NCBI GenBank assembly: GCA_030603365.1
Contig: JAUVXV010000001.1
Span: 32,001 to 96,000, forward strand
Source: Candidatus Heimdallarchaeota archaeon
GTDB lineage: Archaea; Asgardarchaeota; Heimdallarchaeia; Heimdallarchaeales; Heimdallarchaeaceae
Direction of reading: 5' to 3'
DNA: 64,000 nucleotides
The notes under the pieces were generated by a model that worked only from the letters and a program-made list of their open reading frames with translations, did no database searches and was not told the origin of the DNA. This document shows positions 1-11,198 of this stretch, piece by piece. Positions within the stretch are counted from its first letter, which is position 1. Every line of letters starts with the position of its first letter. The position numbers were made by a program, and so were the translations under genes.

Positions 1-262
1 CTGCTTCAATACCTTCGTTATCTCCTTGGTCAGCATATTCAATAGAGACTCCAAATTCGCATCCTTTTTTGAAATAATTGATTATTTGCTCTCCTTTATA
101 ACCAGTAACAATCAAAATATCTGTTAAACCAACTTCTTTTAATTCTTTGATCAAATACTCTAAAATAGGTTTTCCCAATAAAGTTATCATGGGTTTTGGT
201 CTTGTTTGAGTGAGGGGGAAAAGGTCCAAACCTTTGCCACCTGCAAGAATAACTACTTTCAT
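1..262 (-). CDS. Sugar-phosphate nucleotidyltransferase (GlmU-like), N-terminal part; runs off the window edge
   Basis: Manual translation MKVVILAGGKGLDLFPLTQTRPKPMITLLGKPILEY shows the nucleotidyltransferase signature; lies directly downstream of glmS. Confidence 0.85.
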   Translation of the reverse strand, partial: MKVVILAGGKGLDLFPLTQTRPKPMITLLGKPILEYLIKELKEVGLTDILIVTGYKGEQIINYFKKGCEFGVSIEYADQGDNEGIEA

Positions 263-316
263 TTTCTTTTACTCCTTTGTCATTACAACATTATATTCTT
301 TTCTTCATTTGTGAAA

Positions 317-2143
317 CTAAAGTACCGTTAAAGTTTTACTCAAGTTTTTTGGAGTGTCTATAGCACATCCCCTACGCATAGCTGTATAATATGACAGCTG
401 TTGAAGTGGAATTGCGAATGGTATTGTGCTTAATGTCTCTGAATATCCTTTTGGTATTTCGAACTTCCATTTTCCTAGTTCTTCTATATCTTTGTCCCCT
501 TCTTCAATTACAACGATTGCTGTAGCTCCTCTTGCTTTCATCTCCATTATGCTTCCAATCATTCTTTTGTTTGTATGATCTTTTGGAGCAACAAAAACAA
601 CAGGGTAATCTTCCTCAACTAGAGCAATTGGTCCATGTTTTGACTCTCCTGCTGGGTAAGCTTCACTATGAATATATGCTATTTCCTTCATCTTCAAAGC
701 TCCCTCTTTTGCAGTTTGAAGATTTAATCCTCGTCCTAGAAAGAAACTACTGCTTTTCTTAGCAAACCAAGAAGATATGTGATTTGCTCTTGATTCATTT
801 CGAACTATTGTTTGTCTGATAACAGTAGGTATATTCCTATAGAGTTCTCTAGCACTATCATACTCACTCTTATCTAGTTCTCCTGAAATTTTTCCTACTT
901 CAAGACCAATATCCCACATTGAGAGGGTTTGTGCAGTATACGTTTTAGTTGCCGCTACACCTATTTCTGGTCCTGCATAAAGATACAATACTTCATCTGA
1001 ATAGCGTGTGATTGTGCTTCCAATAACATTAACAACCGATAAAACAGTTGCGTCCAACTCTCTTGCATGCTTGATTGCCATAATGGTGTCCATTGTTTCT
1101 CCACTTTGACTTACTGGCAATATTACTGTGTTCTCATCTACTAAACCGCTGATTGCTTCGTATTCAGATGAAATAATTGATGTTGCAGGTTTCTTTGAAT
1201 ACTTTCGAATAAGATTTTCTCCTGTTAAGGTAGAATAATGGGCAGTTCCTGCTGCTAAGAGAAAGACTTTTTCTGCATTGTGGATTTTTTCTGCTATCTT
1301 AATAAGCGATGGTTGATCAATTCTAATGTAATCTGCTAATGAATTGGGTTGTTCATGAATTTCTTTCAACATAAAGTGTGGAAATCCGCCTTTTTGTGCC
1401 ATTTCTGGTTTCCATGAGACTGTATATGGTTTTCTGACTATTTTCTTCATGCTATTGAAATCTATTATCTCATATCCATTACTAGAAATTGTTACAAATT
1501 CGTCATCATGCAACAAAACAACTTTTCTAGTATGTTCAAGAAATGCTGGAATGTCTGAAGCACAAAACATTCTGTCTGAGTTAATCCCTATTACAAGCGG
1601 ACTATCTCGTTTAGCACAATAAATTCTATCTGGTTCTAGGCTGGAAACAACACAAATTGCAAAAGTTCCTTCTAGTCTTCTAACTGTTGTAATAATTGCT
1701 TCCTGTAATGATTGATTTTCTTTTTTCACCAATTGTTCTATCATATGGGGGATGACTTCTGTATCTGTTTCAGACTGAAGAACATGCCCCTGTTTTAACA
1801 GTTCTTCTTTCAATTCCTGGAAATTTTCTATTATTCCATTATGAATTACTGAGATTTCCCCGTTACAGTCTGTGTGTGGATGCGCATTTTCTTTAGTTGG
1901 CGGTCCATGAGTTGCCCATCGTGTATGACCAATTGCAATTTTACCTTGTATGCTATCAATATCAATTTTTTCTGCTACTTCTGATATTTTTCCCTCATCT
2001 TTAGTGATCATAACCTTTCCATCAGAAATCGATGCTATCCCTACACTATCGTATCCTCTGTATTCAAGCTTGGTTAAAGCCTCAATAATTGTTTTCCCAA
2101 TCTTTGTTTCACGCTGCTGAACTATGCCTACAATACCACACAT
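317..2143 (-). CDS. glmS: Glutamine-fructose-6-phosphate aminotransferase
   Basis: MCGIVG N-terminal nucleophile (start set at 2143), EYRGYDS, GHTRWATHG, SQSGET, KHGP motifs. Confidence 0.97.
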   Translation of the reverse strand: MCGIVGIVQQRETKIGKTIIEALTKLEYRGYDSVGIASISDGKVMITKDEGKISEVAEKIDIDSIQGKIAIGHTRWATHGPPTKENAHPHTDCNGEISVIHNGIIENFQELKEELLKQGHVLQSETDTEVIPHMIEQLVKKENQSLQEAIITTVRRLEGTFAICVVSSLEPDRIYCAKRDSPLVIGINSDRMFCASDIPAFLEHTRKVVLLHDDEFVTISSNGYEIIDFNSMKKIVRKPYTVSWKPEMAQKGGFPHFMLKEIHEQPNSLADYIRIDQPSLIKIAEKIHNAEKVFLLAAGTAHYSTLTGENLIRKYSKKPATSIISSEYEAISGLVDENTVILPVSQSGETMDTIMAIKHARELDATVLSVVNVIGSTITRYSDEVLYLYAGPEIGVAATKTYTAQTLSMWDIGLEVGKISGELDKSEYDSARELYRNIPTVIRQTIVRNESRANHISSWFAKKSSSFFLGRGLNLQTAKEGALKMKEIAYIHSEAYPAGESKHGPIALVEEDYPVVFVAPKDHTNKRMIGSIMEMKARGATAIVVIEEGDKDIEELGKWKFEIPKGYSETLSTIPFAIPLQQLSYYTAMRRGCAIDTPKNLSKTLTVL

Positions 2144-2249
2144 AAGTAACACTCAAAGAAATTAACTGCTTTTTACTCTAAAATAGTAAAAACCTACTTC
2201 TTATTAAAACTTTTTGTTAAGCTTCATTCCAGAAAGAACCAGAGATTGA

Positions 2250-3389
2250 TTAACCAATATCCCTCTCTATCCTATTTTGAAGGTTAATCTTCTTTCTTAG
2301 GACCTCTTTTAAAACATCAATACTTGGGGTTATTGAAGGATCAATTTCGTATAAGATGCCAAGATAAATGCTTGTTAAATCAATGAGATAGGTGGAACTT
2401 ATCTGTTTTGATAATTTTGATTTGCCTTTAGGATAAATTTCCAATACCTTTTCCGTTTTCTTCTCGACTTGTTTTTTGAATTCTTCAACTCTCACCTTTA
2501 TGGAATCAGGTTCACTCTTATCTCTGAAAAGAACAACAGCAATATCATTTAACGCTGTTTTCGGATTATCCCAGGCAACTATTCCATTGTGGTTTTGCTC
2601 GGGTATTTCTTCACTAATAGCAAGTAACTTACTATTTTCATTTAATTCACATTTTGCCCTATATGCAATTGGAGAAAGATATGTATGACCTACAAAAACT
2701 GGTATTGTATTGTAAAGTCCATAAGCAATATTCTTAGGCAAGTTTGATTCTGTCTTCTGGTCAATACTGTATTCTTTAGCTAGTTTCTCCAAGATCTCTG
2801 AGGTTTCTTTAAGGTCTGAATCCATATTATCAATCAAATTAAACTTTTCTAGAATTGTAATCAATGCAGTATAAATCAGCGGTAAACCACTTCTTGGGGG
2901 GATACCTTCCTTTATCTTAATGTGGGGAACTTCAATTTTTTTAGATAGTTTCTCTAATAATCCTCCAGAAGAAACAGAAATTATCATTGCAGATTTTAAC
3001 AAAGCATCTTGAAAACATGATAGTGTTTCTTCAGTATTTCCTGAATAGCTCACACAAATGACCAAAGTTTTTTCAGAAACGAAATAAGGGAGTTTATAGT
3101 TTCTATTAACAATAATTGGAATTGAAAGATCTTCTTTGAGTAAGTGATAAAGATAATCCCCTGATATTGCTGAACCTCCCATACCACAAATAACTATGTT
3201 AATTGGAGTGGAATATACTGTTTCTTTTTCTTTCCAGACAATACTGCTAGGAATGTTTAGTTTCAAACTTTGTTCTCTAGCTTCTTTGAATAATGAAGGC
3301 CATTGAGTCAAAATTTGCAGTTGGTTAGATTTGTCTATCTCTTCTACAACGTTTCTATCATCTAAATTTAACATTTTATTCACTTCCAA
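2250..3389 (-). CDS. Bifunctional phosphoglucose/phosphomannose isomerase (SIS family)
   Basis: GMGGSAISGD, SYSGNTEET, ENSK, PEQNHN motifs. Confidence 0.9.
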   Translation of the reverse strand: MEVNKMLNLDDRNVVEEIDKSNQLQILTQWPSLFKEAREQSLKLNIPSSIVWKEKETVYSTPINIVICGMGGSAISGDYLYHLLKEDLSIPIIVNRNYKLPYFVSEKTLVICVSYSGNTEETLSCFQDALLKSAMIISVSSGGLLEKLSKKIEVPHIKIKEGIPPRSGLPLIYTALITILEKFNLIDNMDSDLKETSEILEKLAKEYSIDQKTESNLPKNIAYGLYNTIPVFVGHTYLSPIAYRAKCELNENSKLLAISEEIPEQNHNGIVAWDNPKTALNDIAVVLFRDKSEPDSIKVRVEEFKKQVEKKTEKVLEIYPKGKSKLSKQISSTYLIDLTSIYLGILYEIDPSITPSIDVLKEVLRKKINLQNRIERDIG

Positions 3390-3401
3390 CTAAAAAACTG
3401 T

Positions 3402-4211
3402 TTAGAGTGTAAATTCTTCTCCTTTTTCCCATAGATATTCAAAGTTATTTGAAAAGATTTCAATGATTCCTGAGTTAGAAGAGAAATGGGGTCGATAAAC
3501 ATATTTCTCATGAGGGACAGGAGAAACCCAGATAACAAAAACAACCTGTTCTTGATCGACTAGAGTACCTCGAGCTAGAACATTTCCTTCCGAAAGACTT
3601 GTCACGCTTGCTCCAATCTTCAAAAGATTTTCAGCCACTTTCTTAGACTTATCATCTTCAGTGCTCATTATCACTCTAATATTTACCCCTCTTTCTTTTG
3701 CTTCATTTATTTCTTGTTTAACTTGATCAAACCAGTAGAACACATTTGTAAAAATATTAATTTCCTTCTCTGCTTTTTTGATAATGTCCTTAGTTTTCAA
3801 TTGCATTTCTTCCAATGAAGAATAAGCTTCAAGCAATTCATCTGGTTTGATTATTAACCTTGATTGATAATCTGGATCATTTAAGAGGGCGATAATGTCA
3901 CGAGAAACAACTGCAATCTTCTCTAGTTCATCATGATATTCTTGTTCGACGAATCTGAAGAGATTGTCTAAACCCTTCTTTAGATTAAATGCTTCAAACC
4001 TCATTGGTCTGCCTGATATTGTGCGAGCAAGTCCTTTCTTTGCTAAACTATCAATAGTATCGTAGATTCGGGGTGTAGGTATATCGGTTTGTTTGTGTAT
4101 TTCCTCGGCAGTAGCAGAGGAAAATGCAACTAAAGTAATGAGTGTTTTAACCTCATATTGAGTTAAACCAAGAGCTTTGAGCTTTAAGGTGAGTTCCTCG
4201 GCATCAGACAT
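3402..4211 (-). CDS. TrmB-family transcriptional regulator
   Basis: LGLTQYE..IPTPRIYDTIDSLAKKGL HTH plus PLD-like effector domain. Confidence 0.88.
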   Translation of the reverse strand: MSDAEELTLKLKALGLTQYEVKTLITLVAFSSATAEEIHKQTDIPTPRIYDTIDSLAKKGLARTISGRPMRFEAFNLKKGLDNLFRFVEQEYHDELEKIAVVSRDIIALLNDPDYQSRLIIKPDELLEAYSSLEEMQLKTKDIIKKAEKEINIFTNVFYWFDQVKQEINEAKERGVNIRVIMSTEDDKSKKVAENLLKIGASVTSLSEGNVLARGTLVDQEQVVFVIWVSPVPHEKYVYRPHFSSNSGIIEIFSNNFEYLWEKGEEFTL

Positions 4212-4342
4212 AGGTTTTCTCCAATTTCAAATCTATTAAAAGAAGTATATAAATCAGTCGTATGAGATGTAGAGAGTAAAATTCATTAACCAAAAGTTTA
4301 AAATGAAATCTGTGAGCAAAAAAGATGTAAGAAACAAAACAA

Positions 4343-4420
4343 GGGGCAGTGGTCTAGCCTGGTTATGACAACTCCCTTACACGGAGTAGGTCAGCGGTTC
4401 AACTCCGCTCTGCCCCACCA
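4343..4420 (+). tRNA. tRNA-Val(TAC)
   Basis: Cloverleaf: acceptor GGGGCAG/CTGCCCC, anticodon arm ACTCC-CTTACAC-GGAGT, T-loop TTCAACT, encoded CCA. Confidence 0.96.
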
Positions 4421-4441
4421 CTTCTCAATTTTATTCATTTT

Positions 4442-4894
4442 TTGTTAACAATGCTTAAAATAATACTTAATGATTTTTTGAATATGTGGGACATTATAAT
4501 TGGTATTCTTCTAATACTCCATGGTCTTATTTTTGCAATGTTTCTAGTTTACGTTAAATTGCCTGAAGAGGAGCAATATTTTGGTTGGTCAAGAAAATCC
4601 TGGTTATTGGATAGGGTTCTAGGCGAGAAAGCAATAAAGATAATGGGATTAGTTCTTTGGTCCTTAATCATAGGCGGTTTCATAGTTTCAGGTATTGTAC
4701 TATTCACAGAAACTGAAGCTTGGAGGTTGGTAACTATTATTACTTCATTTGTATCACTTCTCCCATTCATATTCTTCTGGACTGATTTACAACCAAAACC
4801 CAGATATTTTGTTGTTGGTCCAGTTGTTGCAGTAGGCGCAATAATTGCTCTGCTCATATTTAATTGGCCAACAGATGTGATGTTGTTTGGATAA
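4442..4894 (+). CDS. Hypothetical membrane protein (~4 TM); true start probably 4484
   Basis: Four hydrophobic segments, LHGL in TM1. Confidence 0.7.
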   Translation: MLTMLKIILNDFLNMWDIIIGILLILHGLIFAMFLVYVKLPEEEQYFGWSRKSWLLDRVLGEKAIKIMGLVLWSLIIGGFIVSGIVLFTETEAWRLVTIITSFVSLLPFIFFWTDLQPKPRYFVVGPVVAVGAIIALLIFNWPTDVMLFG

Positions 4895-5055
4895 GAAGGT
4901 AGAAGCAAAAATATCAAAACCACAAAGATCGAACATTCAAGGATATGGTATAACCATCTCCAAATTTTTTTGTTCGATGTCAGTCTTTAATTAAATCCAC
5001 GTGATACTAAATGTAGTAAGTTCTTTTCTTTAATTTATGAAGAAGGAGATATAAA

Positions 5056-5601
5056 ATGGCTGAAGAAATTAATTTAGAAACAACTATACTAGGCGGAGGG
5101 TGCTTTTGGTGCATTGAAGCAGTATTTAGTGAACTCCAAGGTGTTCAAAAAGCTGTATCAGGTTATTCTGGAGGAAAAAATGATAATCCTACTTACGAAC
5201 AAATTTGCTCTGGAAAAACAGGACATGCAGAAGTTGTTCAAGTAACTTTTAATCCCAAAATTGTATCTTTCAAGGAAATACTAGAAGTATTCTTCACTAT
5301 ACATGATCCAACCACACTTAATAGACAAGGTAACGATGTTGGAACCCAATATCGATCAGTTATCTACTACCATCTAGATGAACAGAAGGCAATAGCTCAA
5401 AAAACTATAAAGGAATTAGAGAAATCTGCAAAATGGTCTAGTCCTGTAATTACTGAATTAAGCCCTTTTGAGAAATTCTTCGAAGCTGAAGCATATCACC
5501 AGAATTACTTCAAGCTCAACGCCTCTCAACCCTATTGTAGAGTAGTTATAGAACCGAAAGTCAACAAGTTTAAAAAATTGTATTTCAACCAATTGAAATA
5601 A
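5056..5601 (+). CDS. msrA: Peptide methionine sulfoxide reductase A
   Basis: [31 protein letters not shown]. Confidence 0.97.
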   Translation: MAEEINLETTILGGGCFWCIEAVFSELQGVQKAVSGYSGGKNDNPTYEQICSGKTGHAEVVQVTFNPKIVSFKEILEVFFTIHDPTTLNRQGNDVGTQYRSVIYYHLDEQKAIAQKTIKELEKSAKWSSPVITELSPFEKFFEAEAYHQNYFKLNASQPYCRVVIEPKVNKFKKLYFNQLK

Positions 5602-5603
5602 GA

Positions 5604-6719
5604 TTATTTTGTACTTGCGTATTCTTTAACTTCAGAAACATTCTCGAATATCCTTAGTTCCACCTTCTTTTCTCTTAAATAATCTACAAGCATTTTGTCT
5701 ATTTTCAAAACATCTTTTGTAATTTGTTCAAAGTTTTGTTTTGTAATACTAACACTCAAGTCAGGGAAACCAAGTCTGTTGTAAGTATTGTTGACTTCAA
5801 AGTAAGTGTCAAAACCGATTGAATTAACATCTTTGTTAGTTTCAGTTCTTTCTAATTCATCTGCAATGGTTAATTGAATCTCTGTAGCTGCATAACTAGC
5901 AGCCAAAATATCTTTCTTTGTACAAGCGGAAAGAATCTTGTTCAAATATGATTTGAAATCCAAATAACTCTGCGCAAGTTCTTGAATGTGCTTCTTAGGA
6001 TCTATCTCAACTCTATTCTTCTTTTTGAGGATCTCTCTAATTCTACTATTCAATCTCTTTCTAGACAGGATTAATTCATCAAAATCATCTGATGTTGCTA
6101 ATATAGAAATATCTCTCTCATAGTCTTCTGGTAGAATTTCAAATTTGAATGTTTCTTGCAGATTCGATCCCCAATTCTTGAAGAGTATTTTACTATTTGC
6201 AAAAGCCAGCATACATACAGTTCCATTGATGAAATTCCATGCTGCCCATCGAGCAGTTAAGATGTCATTTTCCTTTTTAGCTAATTGTAATTCATGAATG
6301 AGATTATTGAGATGGTAGAAATTATTCCTTGCTAACTGTATCTGCCTATTCTCTGCAATTGTTGTTGTCTTCTTTATTTCTTCAAATCGTAGACTATCTT
6401 CATCAGATCTAGCATAGATTATTCGATTGTTTAATATTAATCCTACACCAACTGGGAACATAATAGGATTTACTTCAGCATTTGCAATTTTTTCTATTCT
6501 AGACCAAGAAATACACCAAAAGTCCACTGTTTTGTTGTCAAAAACGAATTCTACTGAAAATTTCTTCTCATCGTTGTCAATGATTGCAAACATATCAAGA
6601 TCTGAAAATTCATTATAGTCTCCTGAAGCTCTTGAACCATATATGACTATGATTGCAATTTCCGGATGATTCTTTATAGTTTGTTCCTTGAGAATTTCAG
6701 CGATTTCCTCAAAATCCAT
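5604..6719 (-). CDS. Pol-beta-like nucleotidyltransferase with helical C-terminal domains (kanamycin nucleotidyltransferase-like)
   Basis: YGSRASGDYNEFSDLDM motif (GS..DxD). Confidence 0.7.
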   Translation of the reverse strand: MDFEEIAEILKEQTIKNHPEIAIIVIYGSRASGDYNEFSDLDMFAIIDNDEKKFSVEFVFDNKTVDFWCISWSRIEKIANAEVNPIMFPVGVGLILNNRIIYARSDEDSLRFEEIKKTTTIAENRQIQLARNNFYHLNNLIHELQLAKKENDILTARWAAWNFINGTVCMLAFANSKILFKNWGSNLQETFKFEILPEDYERDISILATSDDFDELILSRKRLNSRIREILKKKNRVEIDPKKHIQELAQSYLDFKSYLNKILSACTKKDILAASYAATEIQLTIADELERTETNKDVNSIGFDTYFEVNNTYNRLGFPDLSVSITKQNFEQITKDVLKIDKMLVDYLREKKVELRIFENVSEVKEYASTK

Positions 6720-6750
6720 GATAACTAAGGTGGAATTGTGCTTTAAAATT

Positions 6751-7848
6751 CTACCTACAATTCAATTTGATTTCTTCACCTGAAGTTAATTTACCTTTTC
6801 CCATAACATTTGCTGCTAGACAAGCATGAACTGGTAAAATTAAAACAGTATCTCCAACGGTTATTTTGTTGAAATATTCTTCACTAGCTTTTACTATCCC
6901 ATGTTCTTGGTTCAATGAAGAGACATATGAATCAGTAATCATGGTACCCCATTTTCCCTCGTTCATCTTTGTAAGATATCCAAAAATTTGTTTACCCTCC
7001 TCATTTATAATGAAATCCTTAGAAAAATGAATGGCTCCTCCATCAATTACTAACTCTAATCTTTCTTCATTCTTAGCAACAACTGGACAAGCAAATCTGA
7101 TTGCAATTTCATCTTCGGTGCAAGAGCTAATTTGAAGTTGTTTTAAATCATAGAAGACAAAATTACCTGGTCTGATTTCATCTACATCACTGAAATCTTT
7201 AGCAATACTTGCTGTAGGTGTATCTCCCACAGAGATTTTTGCATCTCCTAAGTTGTTCTCAACTAGCTTTGATTTGAGTGACAACATTCTAGAAATTGTT
7301 TCTTTATGAATTTCAAGGATCTGAGTATTAGTTCTAGACTTATAGGAATGGCCTGCATGAGTAAGAATACCCATTAAGTTAAGTTGTGACGAATTACTTA
7401 TTTCTTTAGCAATCTCAAATATCTGTTTTTGTTTATCCCATTTGATACCTGTTCTATGATAACCTGTATCAATTTTAATCCAGAGATCTATACTAGTTTC
7501 AATGTTCTTCTGTAGGAATTGAATACTTTCTTTAGTTTCAACAAGAAGATTAAGCTTTACTTGTTTAGCAAGCTTGTTGATTTCTTCAATCTCTAAAATA
7601 TTAACAGGAAAAGCTATAGTAATATCATCCCATCCTGATTCAGCAAAACATTTAGCCATTCTTACAGACGAAACAGAGATTGCTTTAACCCCCAATTCCT
7701 TAAACCATTTACCAATCTCAGCTGATTGATGAGTTTTGAAATGTGGTCTGAGTAAGACTTTGTTTCTTTCAGCTTTTTCAACCATTTTGCTTATATTTTT
7801 CAGTACTAGTTTTTTATCGATAAGCAATGTTGGGACTGAAATTTTCAT
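6751..7848 (-). CDS. PLP-dependent alanine-racemase-fold enzyme (D-threonine aldolase/DSD1 family)
   Basis: LRPHFKTH, KIDTGYHRTG, HAGHSY, GDTPT, RPGNFVFYD, QEHG, PVHAC. Confidence 0.88.
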   Translation of the reverse strand: MKISVPTLLIDKKLVLKNISKMVEKAERNKVLLRPHFKTHQSAEIGKWFKELGVKAISVSSVRMAKCFAESGWDDITIAFPVNILEIEEINKLAKQVKLNLLVETKESIQFLQKNIETSIDLWIKIDTGYHRTGIKWDKQKQIFEIAKEISNSSQLNLMGILTHAGHSYKSRTNTQILEIHKETISRMLSLKSKLVENNLGDAKISVGDTPTASIAKDFSDVDEIRPGNFVFYDLKQLQISSCTEDEIAIRFACPVVAKNEERLELVIDGGAIHFSKDFIINEEGKQIFGYLTKMNEGKWGTMITDSYVSSLNQEHGIVKASEEYFNKITVGDTVLILPVHACLAANVMGKGKLTSGEEIKLNCR

Positions 7849-7861
7849 TGTACCACCAAAA

Positions 7862-8641
7862 CTACTCTAGTAATTCCTTTACTCTTGAATAAACCTGAGC
7901 ACCAATTTTAGCTCTACCCAAGAGATATCCTATTTCAGGAATTATTCCCTCTGCTCTAGTTCCTCTTTTGCAAACCAAACGATATTCCAGAAGCCCTATT
8001 CTTTCTACTTCTTCTATGTCTTCAGTATGGTTAGATGTAATAAGTGCATTTTTTATTGCTCTTCTTGTGATTCCACAAATAATCAAGGCATCCTTCTTTT
8101 CTTTTGACGGTTTTGTTAACCAATTCAGAGATTTTTCAGTTAGTTTCACCCAGACTTTAGAACCTATTACATGTCTCTTAGTAACTTCAAAGAATAAAGG
8201 TAGATTTTCTGTAAACCCATAAGCTCTCATTATATTAACTAGTGAAATCTTTTTCCCATCAGCTAGTTGTTCTCTTAGTTCAAAAAGCGGATATAGTGCA
8301 TCGATTTCTTCTGTTGTGCTTAAAATCCCCCCATCAATAAAGAAACCAAACTTTACTCCACCAACATCTTTACATCTTCCATAAATTTCATCGCCTAACT
8401 TGATATCACTAATGCTACGTTTTGCCCCATAATTCTTGATTAGAAGATTTTTAGCAACTTGCTCATCTTCACCGTCTAGAGTTATTTCAGCATATTTCTT
8501 CTTGTTAAAAGTGATTTCTTTGATTTCTACTTCTAGATTTTTCAATTCTTCAGTTAGTATAAATGTTAAAGCCTTGATCGAGCTGTGTCTAGCTACATTG
8601 TATGTTTTTTCTAAAATAACTACTTTTAACATGTTTTTCAC
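7862..8641 (-). CDS. Conserved archaeal protein (DUF2110-like)
   Basis: GEDEQVAKNLL, VGGVKFGFFIDGG, ERIGLLE..LVCKRGTRAEGIIPEIG; adjacent to aTrm56. Confidence 0.7.
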   Translation of the reverse strand: MKNMLKVVILEKTYNVARHSSIKALTFILTEELKNLEVEIKEITFNKKKYAEITLDGEDEQVAKNLLIKNYGAKRSISDIKLGDEIYGRCKDVGGVKFGFFIDGGILSTTEEIDALYPLFELREQLADGKKISLVNIMRAYGFTENLPLFFEVTKRHVIGSKVWVKLTEKSLNWLTKPSKEKKDALIICGITRRAIKNALITSNHTEDIEEVERIGLLEYRLVCKRGTRAEGIIPEIGYLLGRAKIGAQVYSRVKELLE

Positions 8642-9162
8642 TCTATTTCTTCCATTCTTTTCCCTGTTTCTGAAGGAATTATAACGTTCTTGGCATTCTT
8701 GAATTTTCGTTTTCTTGCTTTGCTTTCTGATATTTGATCCAGAAAAACTGCAAGAGCTGCAACTTCACTATGTGGTTGATTACCTATTGCTATATTATAA
8801 TCTGTGAGTTCATATATTGTACCCGGAACTTTGACTCCTCCAGCTACAACTAGCATCTTCTCTTTCTCTTTTAACTCTGCTAATTTATCTGTTAAGTCGA
8901 TACCATACATTGTCAAATGTACTATAGTTCCTCCAGTATCTTTCCATTGCTTAATAAAACTCCAAGAACTTTTTATGTGAGATACTTTAATTTTCCCTCC
9001 CCATTCTAAACACATTTTTTCTACACTTTCTTCTAAATGTGAATCATGATCACCAGTATAGTAGAATTCGTCAGCTCCAAAAGCTCTAGCTGTAAGCGCT
9101 AAATGGGTTGAGATTCTTCTATCTCTAAAAACTCTATGTGATAATCTTAATACAGCTAGCAT
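8638..9162 (-). CDS. trm56: tRNA (cytidine(56)-2'-O)-methyltransferase aTrm56
   Basis: LRLSHR..RDRRISTH, VHLTMYG, NQPHSEVAALAVFLD. Confidence 0.95.
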   Translation of the reverse strand: MLAVLRLSHRVFRDRRISTHLALTARAFGADEFYYTGDHDSHLEESVEKMCLEWGGKIKVSHIKSSWSFIKQWKDTGGTIVHLTMYGIDLTDKLAELKEKEKMLVVAGGVKVPGTIYELTDYNIAIGNQPHSEVAALAVFLDQISESKARKRKFKNAKNVIIPSETGKRMEEIE

Positions 9163-9339
9163 TATGGGTGATGATAAAGATTAAACACTTAAAGTTGCTG
9201 TTTTTGATGTTCTTTAGGTTTAGGGAGACTGATGTGAAAAAGAGTGATTGACATTAAATCAATGTGTAAGGCAAGGCATGACCAGAAAACAAAAGTTATT
9301 ATATATTTCTGCTGTAGAAAATATTGAGTAAATACGAGG

Positions 9340-10542
9340 GTGCTAAAACTGTCAAAAGAGAGATCTGAACCAGATCAAACCGACCCAGCATATTTAATTT
9401 CTTATGCTCATCATCTTGAGAGACAAGCTAGGCAATTAGAAACAGAAAAGCAGATGGTCGAAAGTGAGAGATTAAGACTCCAAAGAGAAGTGAATAACCT
9501 CAAAGTTGAGCTTGAAAGATTAAGATCCCCACCCCTATTTATGGGAACAATCGTTGAACTTCTTGATAATAAAACAGCAGTGGTACGTAGTACAACCGGT
9601 CCAAATCTTGTTGTATCTATTTCTCGTCAAATTGATATTAATGATTTAAAACCTGATACACGCGTAGCACTCAACCAAAGAACCTTTGCTATTGTCAATA
9701 TTCTACCAACTCTGCAAGATCCAATAGTTCAAAAGATGGAATTAATTGAGAAACCTAAAGAAAAATACGCTGATATTGGTGGTCTTGATGCACAAATTCA
9801 GGAAATCAAAGAAACTGTTGAATTACCTTTATTGAAACCTGAATTATTTGAGAAAATTGGAATTGATCCTCCTAAAGGAATACTCCTCCATGGTGCTCCT
9901 GGAACAGGAAAGACCTTACTTGCAAAAGCAGTTGCTCATGAGACTGAAGCAGCGTTCATACGCTTAATAGGTAGTGAGCTTGTACAAAAATTCATAGGTG
10001 ATGGTGCTCGTTTAGTACGAGAATTATTTGAATTTGCAAGAGAACATGCTCCTAGTATTTTGTTTATAGATGAGTTAGATGCCATAGGCAGTAGAAGAAT
10101 AGATTTAGCTACTAGTGGAGATAGAGAAGTACAAAGAACTCTGATGCAACTTCTTTCAGAATTAGATGGTTTTAATATAAGAGGCGACGTAAAAGTCATT
10201 GCCGCAACAAACAGGATAGATATACTGGATCAAGCTTTATTACGACCTGGAAGATTTGACAGACTCATCGAGATTCCGATTCCTAACGCTGAAAGCCGAA
10301 TGAAAATTTTTAAAATTCACACATCCGGAATGAATCTTAAAGGTGATATTGATTTAGATTATCTTGTTCAGATGACAGAAGGTACTAGCGGTGCAGATGT
10401 AAAGAATATCTGTACTGAAGCTGGAATGTTTGCTATCCGAGCTGAAAAAGATCATGTAGTAAACGATGATTTCGTAGATTCAATAAAGAAGATAATAGGT
10501 GAAAAAGAAACTTCTGCTAGAACAACTACTGGTTTCATCTAA
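9340..10542 (+). CDS. pan: Proteasome-activating nucleotidase
   Basis: N-terminal coiled coil + OB domain, Walker A GAPGTGKT, Walker [17 protein letters not shown]. Confidence 0.96.
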   Translation: MLKLSKERSEPDQTDPAYLISYAHHLERQARQLETEKQMVESERLRLQREVNNLKVELERLRSPPLFMGTIVELLDNKTAVVRSTTGPNLVVSISRQIDINDLKPDTRVALNQRTFAIVNILPTLQDPIVQKMELIEKPKEKYADIGGLDAQIQEIKETVELPLLKPELFEKIGIDPPKGILLHGAPGTGKTLLAKAVAHETEAAFIRLIGSELVQKFIGDGARLVRELFEFAREHAPSILFIDELDAIGSRRIDLATSGDREVQRTLMQLLSELDGFNIRGDVKVIAATNRIDILDQALLRPGRFDRLIEIPIPNAESRMKIFKIHTSGMNLKGDIDLDYLVQMTEGTSGADVKNICTEAGMFAIRAEKDHVVNDDFVDSIKKIIGEKETSARTTTGFI

Positions 10543-10562
10543 TTGTGATCAAGGCTCTCCAT

Positions 10563-11087
10563 TTAATCAGACATTAGCATCTCTTCAACAATTTTTCTCT
10601 GTTTATAGAAACCTTCTACTACTTGGGAATTTTCTCCAAATTTACTAATAAACTGTTCAAGGACTTCCTCAAAAGAACATCTTTTGCTTCCGTAAGCAAG
10701 ATTGTCAGAATAAGAAACCAATACTTCTTCTCGTGTAATCGGTATATAATCTTCATTAGGAAGTCCTAGTTTGACTGCTTCTTCCTTATTTATACCTGTG
10801 CCAATGTGTCGTTTTACTATTGATAGTATTCTTTGATCTAGATTTTCCTGTGCAAGAATCTTAACACCTTTGATTGCATGTAGTATTGAATGATCTACTG
10901 ACCGACCTATATCATGTAACATCGCACCAGCGATGACAAGTTTATTGTTAATTTGTTTAATTTTGAAACAAAAGTTTTCTGAAATTTCTGTTACCAGTAA
11001 ACAATGTTGGATTATATTAGTTGGTGTATTGTATTTTTCCAATATTTTTATACACTGTTCCTTCGAGGGTATTCTTAGGTCGGTCAT
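10563..11087 (-). CDS. HDIG-type HD-domain phosphohydrolase
   Basis: H...LHDIGR...H...RHIGTG...SD. Confidence 0.85.
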   Translation of the reverse strand: MTDLRIPSKEQCIKILEKYNTPTNIIQHCLLVTEISENFCFKIKQINNKLVIAGAMLHDIGRSVDHSILHAIKGVKILAQENLDQRILSIVKRHIGTGINKEEAVKLGLPNEDYIPITREEVLVSYSDNLAYGSKRCSFEEVLEQFISKFGENSQVVEGFYKQRKIVEEMLMSD

Positions 11088-11198
11088 ATTTCTATATCTC
11101 TGATTTCTGCTTGGTTTTTTATAGTTTGTTGAAAAATCAGAAAAACCTCTAAATCAAAACTTTTTTAATGAATTTCAATCGTTGCATCTCGAAGCAAA

